A stretch of DNA of 64,000 bases from Squalus acanthias (Eukaryota): assembly GCA_030390025.1 (NCBI GenBank), contig CM059432.1, positions 103,418,001-103,482,000 on the forward strand. Direction: 5' to 3'. Positions 48,097 to 60,819 of the stretch are shown piece after piece (the stretch's first letter is position 1; the number at the start of each line of letters is the position of its first letter). A program made the translations under genes and the position numbers. The notes under the pieces were generated by a model, which saw only the letters and a program-made list of their open reading frames with translations, was not told the DNA's origin and ran no database searches.

Positions 48097-48545
48097 AGCC
48101 GTGGCTCAATTGGTAGCATTCTCACACCTCAGTCAAAAGGTTGTGGGTTCAAGTCCCATTCCAGAGACTTGAGCACAAAAATGTAGGCTGACACTCCAGT
48201 GCAGTAGAGGGAGTGCTGCACTGTTGGAGGTGCTGTCTTTCGGATGAGACGTTAAACCGCGGCCCGTCTGCTCTTTCAAGTGAACGTAAAAGATCTTACA
48301 ACACTATTTCAAAGAAGAGCAGGGGAGTTATCCCCGGTGTCCTGGCCAATCAACATCACTAAAAACTGGTGATGATCACATTGCTGTTTGTGGGTGCTTG
48401 CTGTATGCAAATTGGCTGCTGCGTTTCCTACATCACAATAGAGAATACACTTCAAAAGTACTTCATTGGCTGTAAAGCGCTTTGGGATGTCCTGAGGTCA
48501 TGAAAGGTGCTGTATAAATGCAAGTCTTACTTTACTTTTTTACTT
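48097..48545 (+). mobile_element. Full-length Deu-domain SINE
   Basis: A and B boxes, body and tail are collinear with 39843-40303. Confidence 0.88.
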
Positions 48546-48988
48546 TAATCTTTATTTTGCTTTCTCTAAATGATTAAGAAATGAATTATAATCTGTGCTT
48601 TTTACTTCCTGGTTTGCTGTCCATGAGAATTCTTCAATCTGATTGGCTGAGCAGCCTGCTTAATGACATCACTGTTGCTGGATGCCACAGATCCCCTATA
48701 GATGGCACCAGATGCAAAGTCACTTCGAAACAGGGGAAATTGTTGTTCTAGATCCCGCTAAATCTTTGCGGGCAGCTTTTTTCAAGGTCAACGGCGAATG
48801 CCATCCCTTCACCACTGACCACAAAATCCGGACCAATAAAAGTGTGCGGTAAATCAGAAGGACTTCATTATGATTTAGAAGCCATAAAATTTAGTATTTT
48901 CAAATAAATTTATAGGCAGCAACCAAACAATTCAGACAAAGCACTTGTATCAATTGGTTCCAATTTAAAAAATATAATTTCTTTGATC

Positions 48989-51715
48989 AACATAAGAAAT
49001 AGGAGTAGGAGCAGGCCATTTGGCCCCTCGAGCCTGCTCCGCCATTTAATGAGATCATGGCTGATCCGATTTTGGCCTCAACTCCACTTTCCTGCCTGTT
49101 CCCCATAACCCTCGACTCCCCTGTTGCTCAAAAATCTGTCTCTCTCAACCCTGAATATATTCAATGACTCAGCTTCCACAGCTCTCTGGGGTAAAGAATT
49201 CCAAAGATTCACGACCCTCAGAGAAGTAATTCCTCCTCATCTCCATCTTAAATGGACGACACCTTATTCTGAGATTATGCCCCCTCGTTCTAGATTCTCC
49301 TTCATTCTAGATTCTTCCACGAGGGGAAGCATTCTCTCAGCATCTACCCTGTCCAACCCCCTCAGAATCTTATGTGTTTCAATAAGATCACCTCTCATTC
49401 TTCTGAACTCCAATGAGTATAGGCCCAACCTGCTCAACCTTTCCTCATAAGGCAACCCTTCCATCCCAGGAATCAACCAAGTGAACCTTCTCTGATCTGC
49501 CTCCAATGCAAGTATATCCCTCCTTAAATAAGGGGACCAAAACTGTATACAGTACTCTAGGTGTGGTCTGTACAGTTGTAGCAAGACTTCCCTACTTTTA
49601 TACTCTATCCCCCTTGAAATAAAGGCCAACATTCCATTTGCCTTCCTAATTACTTGCTGCACCTGCATGTTAAATTTGTGTTTCATGTACGAGGACACCC
49701 AAATCCCTCTCTACTACCGCATTCTGTAGTCTTTCTCCATTTAAATAATATTTTTCTTTTCTATTCTTCCTACCAAAGTGGATAACTTCACATTTTCCCA
49801 CATTATACTCCATCTGCCAAATTCTTGCCCACTCACTTAACCTATCTATATCCATTTGCAGACTCTGTCCTCCTCACAACTTGCTGTCCCACCTATCTTT
49901 GTATCGTCTGGAAATTTGGCAACAGTACACTCGGTCCCTTCATCCAAGTCATTAATATAGATTGAAAATAGTTGAGGCCCCAGCACTGATCCCTGTGACA
50001 CCCCACTAGTTACAGATTGCCATCCTGAAAATGACCCATTTATCCCAACTCTGTTAGTTACCCAATCCTCTATCCATGCTAATATATTACTCCCAACACC
50101 ATGAGCTCTTATCTTATGCAGTAACCTTTTATGTGGCACCTTGTTGAATGCCTTTTGGAAATCTAAGTACACTACATCAACTGGTTCCCCTTTATCCATC
50201 CTGCTCGTTACCTCCTCAAAGAACTCTAATAAATTTGTCAAACACGATTTCTCTTTCATAAAACCATGCTGACTCTGTTTGATTGTATTTTGATTTTCTA
50301 AATGCCCTGCTACTACTTCCTTAATAATGGATTCGAGCATTTTGCCAATGACAGATGTTAGGCTAACTGGCCTATAATTTCCTGCTTTTTGTCTCCCTCC
50401 TTTTTTGAATAAGGGTGTTACATTTGAGGTTTTACAATCCGCTGGAACTTTTCCAGAGTCACGGGAATTTTGGAAGATTACAACCAATGCATCCACTATC
50501 TCTGTAGCCACTTCTTTTAAGACCCTAGGATGCAGGCCATCAGGTCCACGGGACTTGTCAGCCTTTAGACCCATAAGTTTGCCTAGCACTTTTTCTCTAG
50601 TGATAGTTTTAAGTTCGTCCCTCCCTTTTGCCCCTTGATTTTCTACTATTACTGGGATCTTTTTAGTGTCCTCTACTGTGAAGACAGATACAAAATATTT
50701 GTTAAATGCCTCTGCCGTTTCCTTGTTTCCCATTACTATTTCCCCAGTCTCGTCCTCTAAGGGACCAATGTTTACCTTAGCTACTCTCTTCCTTTTTATA
50801 TACTTGTAGAAGCTCTTACTGTCATTTTTTATATTTCTTGCTAGTTTACTCTCATAAGCTATTTTCTCCCTCTTTATTATTATTTGTTTAGTCATCCTTT
50901 GCTGGTTTCCAAAATTTTCCCAATCTTCTGGCCTACCACTAATCTTTGCAACATTGTATGCCTTTTCTTTCAATTTGATACCATCCTTAACTTCCTTGGT
51001 TAGCCATGGTTGGTTCATCCTTCTCTTCGAGTCTTTCTTTCTCATTGAAATATATCTTTGTTGAGAGTCATGAAATATCTCTTTAAATGTCTGCCACTGC
51101 TTTTCTACCATCTTACCTTCTAATCTATTTTCCCAGTCCACTTTAGCCAACTCTCTCCTCATACCTTTGTAATTGCCTTTATTTACGTTTAATACTCTAG
51201 TTTCAGACCCAAGTTTCTCACCTTCAAACTGAATGTGGAATTCTATCATGTTATGATCACTCTTCCCTAGAGGATCCTTTACTATGAGATCATTAATTAA
51301 TCCTGTTTCATTACACATTGCCAGATCTAAAATAGCCTGTTCCCTGGTCGGTTCCACAACGTATTCTTCCAAGAAACTGTCCCGAATACACTCTGTGAAC
51401 GCGTCCTCAAGGCTGCTTTTGCCAAATTGATTTGTCCAATCTATATGAAGATTAAGATCGCTCACGATTATTGCAGTACCTTTCTTACAAGCCCCCATTA
51501 TTTCTTGATTTATACTCTGTCCTATAGTGTAGCTATTGTTAGGGGGCCTATAGACTACTCCCACCAGTGCCTTCTTTTCCTTACTATTTCTTACCTCCAC
51601 CTAAATTGATTCTACATCTGGAACTTCCAAGCCAAGATCATTTCTCACTATTGTACTGATCTCATCCTTTATTAACAGAGCTACCTCACCTCTTTTTTCT
51701 TTCTGTCTATCCTCA
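48989..51715 (-). mobile_element. CR1 LINE covering most of ORF2 and the 3' tail
   Basis: 584-aa ORF 49846-51600 (endonuclease end plus RT, with FADD mutated to FPDD), then 49670-49855 and 49264-49698. Confidence 0.94.
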
Positions 51716-52408
51716 TCAAAACTGGTGCCGATTAAGGCAGGATAATAGGATCAAAGCTCAGAAGTACAAACTAATGAAAAATAAATTTAGTACAGATTAA
51801 GAAGAAACTTCTTCATGCAAAGGGTGAAAAATGTCTAGAATAATCTGTCAGGCAAGATAACAGAGACATAGGCCCTGACATTCTAGGAGACCCGCTGTAC
51901 TGCTGAAAGTGTGGCAAAATTGTACGCCCATCCACCGTCAACCAGCGATGTAGGCCCAGTCTCAAATTGTGGGAACACGATCATTACCATTATCGGGGTA
52001 GCAGCCCATGACCAATGTTCCCTCTAATTCTTTTGTACCGAGCGGGCCACCAACTCCTTTGAGCGCAACCTTTTTGTCCGTAGGCAAATTTGACAACAAC
52101 AACTTTTACAACATTAAAAACTTTTACAACAACAGCAACCACTTAAAAGCAGATATACAGTAATGCCAAATTGCCACCCCACGGTCTCAAGTCATGATAC
52201 AATCAGACAAACTTTTAAAAATCATGAAATCAGTTGCTCTTTTTTGGATAATAAACCTCATTAGTGGCTTTATTTAATGTCTAACAGGTCACAGCTCTTA
52301 CAATATATGTCAGGTGTCCCATCAACGTTACTAACATCTCGGGGTCAATGTCCGATTAGGATATGCTAATATTGGTGATTAGTCGGAACAATGGGGGAGT
52401 AGGAAGAA

Positions 52409-52512
52409 ATTGAGAGGTTGCACAACACCAGGTTATAGTCCAACAGTTTTATTTGAAATCACAAGCTTTCGGAGCTTACTACTCCTTCGTCGGGTGAAGT
52501 AAAAAGTAGGAA
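52409..52512 (-). mobile_element. Second Penelope-like pLTR family fragment with mutated hammerhead (52459-52497)
   Basis: Minus strand reads UCAC-CCGACGA-AGGAGUAGUAAGCUCC-GAAAG-CUU-GUGA. A 12-bp duplication gagtaggaagaa flanks it (52397-52408, 52513-52524). Confidence 0.68.
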
Positions 52513-52654
52513 GAGTAGGAAGAAGCAGACGAGTCGGCAACATTCCATGTGAGGTGTTAATAGCAGATTGGACAGAACAAGAGGGGCAATTGTGCATTCT
52601 GGGCATCATGTGATTTGACTCACCTTAAAGTCCAACACCTACGGAAGCCAAGCT

Positions 52655-52848
52655 TGATCACCTTGTGTCTACCTCTGTCTCCTCCTTTAAGAACCTCCTG
52701 AAAGCCCACCTCTTTGACCAAGCCTTTGATCACCCAATCCTAATATCCCCTTCTTTGACTCTGTGCACCTGACCAGTGATCACGCCTCTGTGAAGCGCCT
52801 TGGGGTGTTTTTCCACGTTAATGGTGCTATACAAATGCAAGTTATTCT
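52655..52848 (+). mobile_element. L2 3' tail fragment
   Basis: cctctttgaccaagcctttg...gtgaagcgccttggg...gctatacaaatgcaagtt matches the reverse complement of 124-320. Confidence 0.82.
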
Positions 52849-52929
52849 TAATAAACAGTAAGTCCGAACTGTTATACAGTAAATAGCCCTTACCCTGCTG
52901 AATAAACGGTATCTGCAAGCCCCACCCCT

Positions 52930-53085
52930 CACTCACACACACACACTGATACACACTCACTCACACCACAGACACACGCACCACACAAACACACTCACAC
53001 AGACACAAACACCATCCAGCCACACACACACATATACACTCACTCACAGACACACACCACACAACACAGACACGCCGCACACACT
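52930..53085. repeat. Degenerate (CA)n-rich tract
   Basis: Directly visible. Confidence 0.9.
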
Positions 53086-53759
53086 GTTCACTCTTTGACC
53101 TCTTGAGCTCTTGTGAACATATTGCCACTTTTATAAGGTCCATTAGAGAGGAAGACAGGACTGGGCAGAGGAGCGTGCTAGAGAATAACTTCCATTCCTA
53201 AGTACCCCCTTTAAACTTCGCCACCCTCTTAAGTTTGGGCCAAAGTCTCTCTCAGAAGGCAGTCGTTTCTCATACAGAAAAAGCAAATCCTCACATCATA
53301 CTGCCTGGAAAGACCATAATGCTCATCGACTCTCGGCAGGCACAATAATCACAAGCCCCGCTCGCAACATCTGCTGCCAACTCCCATCTGAGCTAAGCTG
53401 AGGCCAGATAATCTCCAGATAAAGGGGCTGCCATAGAAACCTTGCTGTGGTTGGTGTAACACATCAAGCGGCAGGGGGTACAAGTGGCTCTGAGCCTGGC
53501 AGCCCAGTGCGCTGAGGTACATAGCAGACAACGGGCAGTCAACGAAAGACACTATTAACTAGTGCCTCGCTCGCCAGGCACAAATCTGAAATCCTCTTTT
53601 ACTGGGAAATACCGTTCAACACAAACAATTCTTTTTAAAACATAAGTTTTGAACCAAACTCTAACAGCACAGCCAAACCCAGAACATGGCCCGACCACCA
53701 GGAGCAGGGTAACGAAGGAACAAGGAGGGAGAAAGGGAACGAGAGAGAGAAAATTAAGG

Positions 53760-56338
53760 CATAAACTTCACATCTCCCATCACCCACATTCATCTGGAGT
53801 GGTGGAAAGAGGAAACTGAACTCTGAAAACTATATTAAACACATTTTGTGCAGATCACCCCACCAAATGGTCCAAGTATGTTGCCAATGTGTCTAATGGC
53901 TATTAGGTCCACCCTGCATAACACAACGGGTATCTCGCCCTACCAGGCTATGACCGGGTGACTAATGCAAATGCCAGCCCATCTGTTAACCCCTTCAGCC
54001 ACACCTTGGCTTGAAATGGTGGTAGAGAACACAGAACAAACTAACAAACTAACATGTTTGGAGCTGCACAAACATGCAAATCACAAAACCAAGCAAGAAA
54101 TACTTCGACAAGAAGGTCCGACCATTTGAGTATCAAGTGGGAGATGTTGTAATGGTACTAAACTATGGGAAGAAGCAACATTGGTTCGAACCAAAGTGGA
54201 ATGGCCCCTTCCCGATTATTGACAGGGCTAGTCCTTCGGTCTATCTGGTGCAATTCCCTGGGAAAAAGGGGAGGTCCAAGGTAGCTAAATGGTACCATAT
54301 CAATCAGTTGAAAACTGTGAAAGAATAAATATTCCTGGTTAAACTGTAGCTTTCTTTACAATTTCTGTATTCTTTGTCTGCATCATTGTCGCTTGAAATC
54401 TATGTACTTAGTCGACGTGCTAATGATTATAAGACTGAATTATAACTGTGACTGTAATAATTGTATTTTGTAGGTAACAGAACATGGGAAAAGCCAGTAC
54501 GACCCAGTATGAGCTGCAGAGTTATGTAGCACAATTCGGGTACGACATTCCCCTGTTGTCTGAGGGCTTCAGTGAGCTTGTGATGCGACTGAACTCCTCC
54601 CTAAAGCATTTTTATCTTTTGGAGCAACACAATTCGAGAATAGATATTGAAAATTACAGCATAGGGGATGATTCACACTGGTGGGATATTGGGCTTTATA
54701 TATCAGCACACCCTTGGGTTCGTATTATTTCACACGCTCTGGTAGTTCTCCAACTTGTAATGATCGTGTATTTGATATATGTAACCCGTGTAGTAAGACT
54801 TTGATGCATAAGCCAAATGTGTATCTATAATCATGACTAACTGTACTAATGAATTAATGATGGACGAAAATCAGAGGCAACGTAGAGGAGACCCCAGGCG
54901 GGGTAATATCAGGAAGAAAGAAGAAACAGAGGATACCCCAGGTAGGGAAGAATTGGAACACCAGAACAGTGAATTGAACCGTCAACCTAATAATCTAGAG
55001 TTGGCACGGTTGGTAGAGGGTCGAAAATGAGAGGTCAAAATAGAGTTTTCTTCCTCTCAAGGTGGGGACTGTTAGAAACTAGGGGTGTCTAAAAATGTAT
55101 ATGGCTACGCAAATAATACTGTGTTTAAATGATTGTATGTTTCTGCTGGAGACAAGTAAGGGGTTAATGCATAAGTTATAATTTACTGGAACTGTGTAAG
55201 TTTCTTTTTCCTGGAGGCTTGTATTCAACTTTGAGACAAAATGTTTTCAGTTAGTTAGATTAGATGAGGCATAACATTCCACACAGGGGTCCATAGCATG
55301 GCCTTGCCCTGCCAGGCTAGCTGTCTATTGTTTGTAAGTTCGGGTTTTGACTTTGTTAATGTATCTTTCATTTGGACAATGAAGGCCCAACCTATGTTTC
55401 TTCCATTATTATTAATAACCATATTCCATTATTACTAATAACCATATTATAATGCTACGGTAGAATTTGGAGTTTGTTTAACAGAACTGCTTGCAAAGAT
55501 AATTAAAAGTTAATTAGTATAAAGGACATAGAATAGAAGGAATGTATGGGAGTTAAGGTACCATCTCAGGATGGAATAGTCTTTTAGATTAAGGGAGATA
55601 GTTTGGATAGCAGCTGGTTGAGTAAGACAGCTCTGGCTTGGGCCTCTGATTTAATGGCCCAAAGCTGTGCCTGGTACACACACTGGTTGCACCAGGGGGG
55701 ACAAGACAGGATGAGATAAGAGACTATTGCTTTGGAAGGAAAGGGCCGGATGAGATAAGGGAAGACAGTCCTCAACATGCTGTAAGGCCATGATTGGTCA
55801 AGTACAGAAAGCATGTGTAATGGTTGTGAAGACCCCTTGAGGGAAGGTCTTCATCGGAAAGTTTAGACAAAGATCTCGACATGCCATTGGGCACCTTGTT
55901 TTAAGGGGAACCTCTATAGGTTAAATGGGCTTGTCCATTATTCTACCTCAGGCCCACCCCTAAAAAGAGAACAAAAGGAAGAGCTAAAGAACTCTTAGCT
56001 CAGACAGTGGAGCGTGGGGCTCCCAAGAGTGGAAACGGTGGTCTAACACTCTTCAGAGAGTGGACCCATGCAGACCCTAGTCTAACACTCTTGCGTAGTT
56101 CAGAGAAGGATAGAGAGAGAGAGAGAGAGACACACACAAAGAGAATGAATAAGAAGAGTTGTTAGTGCACGCCAGCCGTCTGTCCGATCGGGTCCGGTAC
56201 CAGCTACTTGTCACGGTCGTATGCTTTTGCTGTATAACTAGTGTGTTATATTCCATCCTAAACGCCGATTAAACACAATATACCCACCATATTGGTTTGC
56301 ACTCGATCCTGTTTAACAGAGATATGCGAAACCCTACA
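53760..56338 (+). mobile_element. 5'-truncated endogenous retrovirus-like element: integrase 3' half, env-like remnant, PPT, 3' LTR
   Basis: HHPHSSGVVER, AIRST..TTGISPY, then ORF 54074-54328 (VGDVVMV...PKWNGPF...HINQLK). ORF 54484-54804 has HWWDIG...HPW plus a hydrophobic TM segment. PPT aaggtggggac at 55059-55069; LTR TGTTAG (55070) to CCCTACA (56338). Confidence 0.82.
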
Positions 56339-57938
56339 ATGGATTGCCGGATTGTGTCGCCAATATCTTGAGGAGGAGGGGTAACGGAATCTGCACAAGA
56401 ACTCGAGTGACTCTCCCATCACTCTGTGCTCGTTTTAATAAAAAGATACAACAGGAACAGTGTACGACGCCTGAACTCACCACTTTACAGAGCGATTTCT
56501 TGGGTCACATCATTGCCGCACGCTACTTCCATGCCTGGGGTCTGGAAGGCCCGAGGACGGCACTGCCACTCTGGTGAGGAGTTTGGGGGGGGAGGGGGAT
56601 AAGGATTTGCACTTCAGACGACAGAGGATACAGTCCCAACTGCTTGGAGGCGTTGGGACGTACCGTCTAATGAATCTCCTCAGACAGCCAGCAAAACAAA
56701 AGCCACATAACCCTCCCCAACACACACCCCCTCTCCTCCACAGTCAGTAATGGAGTGGAATCTCTAGGTTTTGTGTTGCCACCACAGAGAACGTCTCTCA
56801 TAACAGGTTGTGTTGCTTCAAAGTGCAGCTGCCGTTCCGTCCTCAGGAACAGACTAGATGCGTCTCCATAGAAAAGGTACTGACAGAATCCCGAGACAAT
56901 GCTCGCCGGGTTCCAGGGCTCTGTATCTTAGCAAATGCCGTTCCAATTCGGATCGGCTCTGAGGTCACAAACGACTCTCTGTGAGGATTCCCGGGCCATT
57001 GTGTATTGGGTCCCTCCCCCCACTCCAGCTCTCCGTGTGGCCTGTGAATTTACAGATCGGTGCATCCGCACAGCTTAGAGGGAACAGTGCCCATGACTGT
57101 AAGGGTACAGAGGTGCTCGCTTCAACAGCATTGTGGGCAATTGGAGCAGCACCATGCCAAATGGAGAAGATAACTGATGCCCTCTGGGAGTGATTATCTC
57201 CCTCTAGTATAGGCATATGGCCTTTCCAAGGACCTCAACAGAACTCATGGCTGCTCTCAGCCGGTGAATTTCCATTGAGCCTTATAACGGTATAATGGGT
57301 GAATTACCAGGGTACCCATGAATTGCACCAGAACTGGCCCTTGATGTGGGAAAGGGGATAACAGAAGGAACACTCGCACACACTCGTTCCCATCACCACT
57401 CCCCCAACCCACCACCAGAATTTTCTGGGTAGATTCCTGGTGGTGTCGGGTTCTGCATCCACGATGTGCCCACTCTCCATTCCTTCCAGTCCCCAGAATT
57501 TCAGGGCCACAGACTTTATGGGGCATGCAAAATGCAGTACAATGCTTGACGGACAGAGTTAGAACACCAGTGAAATGTGCTTTGTTGGGCTGAGTGGCTT
57601 TTGTCATCTTTGACTTATGTTCAATATCACAGCCAACAGCAAAACTGTCACATAAAGTGTTCCGTTACAGCCTAATAAAATATCACTCCAAATGTCAACC
57701 ACTGTCATTCTTCCCAATAGTCAATTGCTAACAACTGGGCATAAAATTCCTGGACATTAATGGTAATCACTGCTATTGCCAAGTTATTATTTCCAGCTGC
57801 AGACAATACATTATGAAACGCAAGTGCCAAACTTAAGTAAAATAGAAAAGGCTGATGTAGCAGCCAGTACAGATAAGTGGAGCATCTGTCTCACAACTAG
57901 ATGGTTGCAGAGTAATTTTTTTTTGCACTACCCATCAC

Positions 57939-58103
57939 CAATGTTCCCTTTTAATTTTTGGGGGGGTCCACAGCCCCTTTAATGGGCTGCGCAGCCTATT
58001 CAAATTTCCGCGCATGCACGGTTTTTCCAATTCAAAAGCTGGTGACCGGCCCATGCGGGACCTCCAGAGCACTGTGCGGTCACACAGTTTAACGGGAGCA
58101 TTA
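57939..58103. mobile_element. hAT MITE (165 bp) of the same TIR family
   Basis: Starts caatgttccct and ends ttaacgggagcatta. Perfect 8-bp TSD cccatcac (57931-57938, 58104-58111). Confidence 0.85.
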
Positions 58104-58231
58104 CCCATCACTCAAATATACTTATCGTTGCTCATCCAAGAATTGGATAATGGGCAGAACCTACTTCTGTAAGGAGTCTATCAGCTACCAATGATACTTG
58201 GAATTAATAAATTCTGCCTTCAAGATTTATT

Positions 58232-58987
58232 GGCCCGGATTTTGCGGTCAGTGGTGAAGGAATGGCGCTTGCCATTCATAATGCTTACAATGCCCACAGA
58301 CTTTTTGCTGGCTTTTGAGCAGCAACTTGCAGTTACTGGAGATCCTTTTCAGCGTGGCGCCCTCTACAGGGGATCTGTGGCATGTGTGAGCAGGGCAAAA
58401 AACAGCATGCCTCTTCAACCAATCAGATTGAAGAATCCGCACTGAGCCACGCAGAGTCTAAACCAGGAAGTATACATTAGAATATTTAATCCATTGTAAA
58501 ATCATGTACGGAAAGCAAAATAAAGAAAGGGAAAAAGGATGGGATTAAGAGAGAGATAAAAGAGACAAACAGAGTTTTTTTTTAAATTTAAAAAATCTCC
58601 CAACACTAATGAAATTCTGAAGGAATGAGACTTCACACTTGTAAAATTAAATTATCAGTGCCAGAGAGGTTGTTTGGCAGTAATTATGAGTTATTACGCC
58701 ATTAAAAAATCACTTATCCCTGAATGCACCTGCCCTAACTTTTTCTGCTGTGTTTAGTGGGTAAGTAATGGGTAAGTATAGCAACTTCACACCCTTACAT
58801 GTATGTGAATGCAGAGTCTATCGGCAAGGTACTGGTGTAGCGAGGCTTGTGGAGGAGCAGGGCAAATCGGACAGCAATTTCCAGATTTCCGCGTTTAACT
58901 ACGCATTTGCGGACTCCAAAGTTGCTCTCCAATTTGCTCCATAATAACGGTGAGCCTCACCATTATCCCCAGTGCAAAATCTGGGCC
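58232..58987 (-). mobile_element. Non-autonomous ~0.8-kb DNA transposon, copy 3 (inverted)
   Basis: TIRs ggcccggattttgc / gcaaaatctgggcc. The left end is the reverse complement of 48790-48834. Confidence 0.78.
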
Positions 58988-60043
58988 AATATATTACTGC
59001 ATACATTTGAAAACTCTCAAGACCAAATGACAGTACCCATCAGTGGCACTGATGGAAATCCAGACAATGTTGTAGCACCAGAAGAGGCAGGAGGCCACTT
59101 TAAAGGGTGGAAGAGCCCCGACAACCGCAGCAAATTTTTAACTAAAGGCTCAAGTCGAGAACAAGGCCTTCAACAGGTAAGGGATCAGACCATAATGGAG
59201 GGAGAGGAGGCCATTACTGGATGCTCCCCCTCCATTAGAAGACTTCAGGGCTTTCCCATCTCTCCCATTAAGGTTCACCAAAAGTCCTGGGCAGTGATGG
59301 TAAGGGAAGTAGATGGGAGGGAAATGGGCTGAGAATTCAAGTTCCGCTTCCTTGCTTGCATTTGCATGCAGTGAGCAGGGAAGAGTTGGCCAACGGCTGT
59401 CCCAGCAGGGAGAGGGGGGAGAGAAATTAAGGTCGGGGCGGGAGGCTGTCAGCAGGCTTTGCAGCTTGATTTTCTCCGCTGTGTGCGCCATTATCCCGTC
59501 TGATTATATTATATATAGAAAAGGTACAGGTGACCGCCTCCAAAACCTTTATACGGCAGAGAAGTTCACAGAGTACTTTTATTTTGTGGGCAGAAGTATA
59601 AAGAATTAGTACCAAGAATCAGCCTAACGTTATCCCAGAAGCTTAAGTTGTTACCTTTTGGCTGCTTCTATATCCACAATTAATAGCCGCTACTGAAATA
59701 CTACTTTAAAAGTAGCTTTAAAAGTGTTAAAAGACATGTCCCAAAACAACATTAAATGCTTCAGTGCACGATTTTACATTTTTCTATTCCAGCAACCTTT
59801 TCCTGATTTTCATTCTAGCTAATTAAATGCAACAACCTTAAAACACACACACACAGCTGAGAGATTTCTACTCTGCCAGCTTTAGTTGTTGTTTAATCAA
59901 ATACATCTGATTTTTGGGTGACCATATTGGGAAGCCTCCTTCAAGAAAATTAATTGCAGGCAAAGCAGTGGCTCTGATCAAACAGAGCCATGTCACGTCT
60001 GCCCAATTTGAACAATCTTTGCAAACATTTTCCTGAACAACTA

Positions 60044-60208
<165 letters not shown>

Positions 60209-60819
60209 TCATGTGATCTGTGAAGTTAGGACAAATCAACACAAGAGTTTTGTCTCTATTCTGGCAGAAATAACTAAGAAAAAAAGTTGCTCACAATAAG
60301 GTCACTTTTAATTGTGCTTCGTCGCAATAATTGAATCTCATTATAATAAAGCAGAGATAGATTAAGCATAGAAAACACATAAAAGCATTGTTAGAGCAAT
60401 ATGCCAAATATTACAATGGTGATCATATTAATTTGATGTGTCTGCAAAATTTTCACCATTTAAACCAAGCAATAACTAATTTTGAATTAACAGCCCTCCA
60501 TAAAAATAGCAGAAAAGGGATTTCATCTGCATGCTGTAAGTATAGGGTTGAGAGAAGTACTCTGTTTCACCTTTTTATGAACTGTCTGTCAAACCTTTAG
60601 TAATTAAACACACCAAAAGGCCTCACCCATTACAGATACAATAGTTACAACTCTCACATCCCAAATGAAATTTTGGGGTTTTAATGAGTTTCTCGAATGT
60701 CAGTGACAAGTGGGGAGTAACTATTATACGTAGTTTAATATAATTTCCCACCAACTTACACTTATGGAATGAACTATTCTGTGAGACATTAATGTACAGA
60801 CACATACCCCACTCCCCGG

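Larger units (their letters stand above)
45681..48834 (+). mobile_element. Non-autonomous ~0.8-kb DNA transposon, copy 2, expanded by nested CR1 and SINEs
   Basis: Segments 45681-45960, 47970-48090 and 48546-48834 are collinear with 27411-28203. Confidence 0.72.
52013..57089. mobile_element. hAT-superfamily non-autonomous element carrying nested insertions
   Basis: 15-bp TIRs caatgttccctctaa / ttagagggaacagtg and a perfect 8-bp TSD cccatgac (52005-52012, 57090-57097). Confidence 0.88.
51871..57508. mobile_element. GGCC-ended MITE hosting the hAT element
   Basis: TIRs ggccctgacattctagg / cccagaatttcagggcc (15/17), flanks ata/aca. Confidence 0.55.

Noticed and set aside
49846..51600. Active 584-aa RT gene
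   Set aside because: It is a partial CR1 ORF2 lacking the endonuclease N-terminus, with FADD changed to FPDD and downstream frameshifts.
53100..53700. hAT transposase remnant inside the hAT element
   Set aside because: Only scattered CxxC-like and EWK fragments are visible, with no convincing continuous homology by eye.
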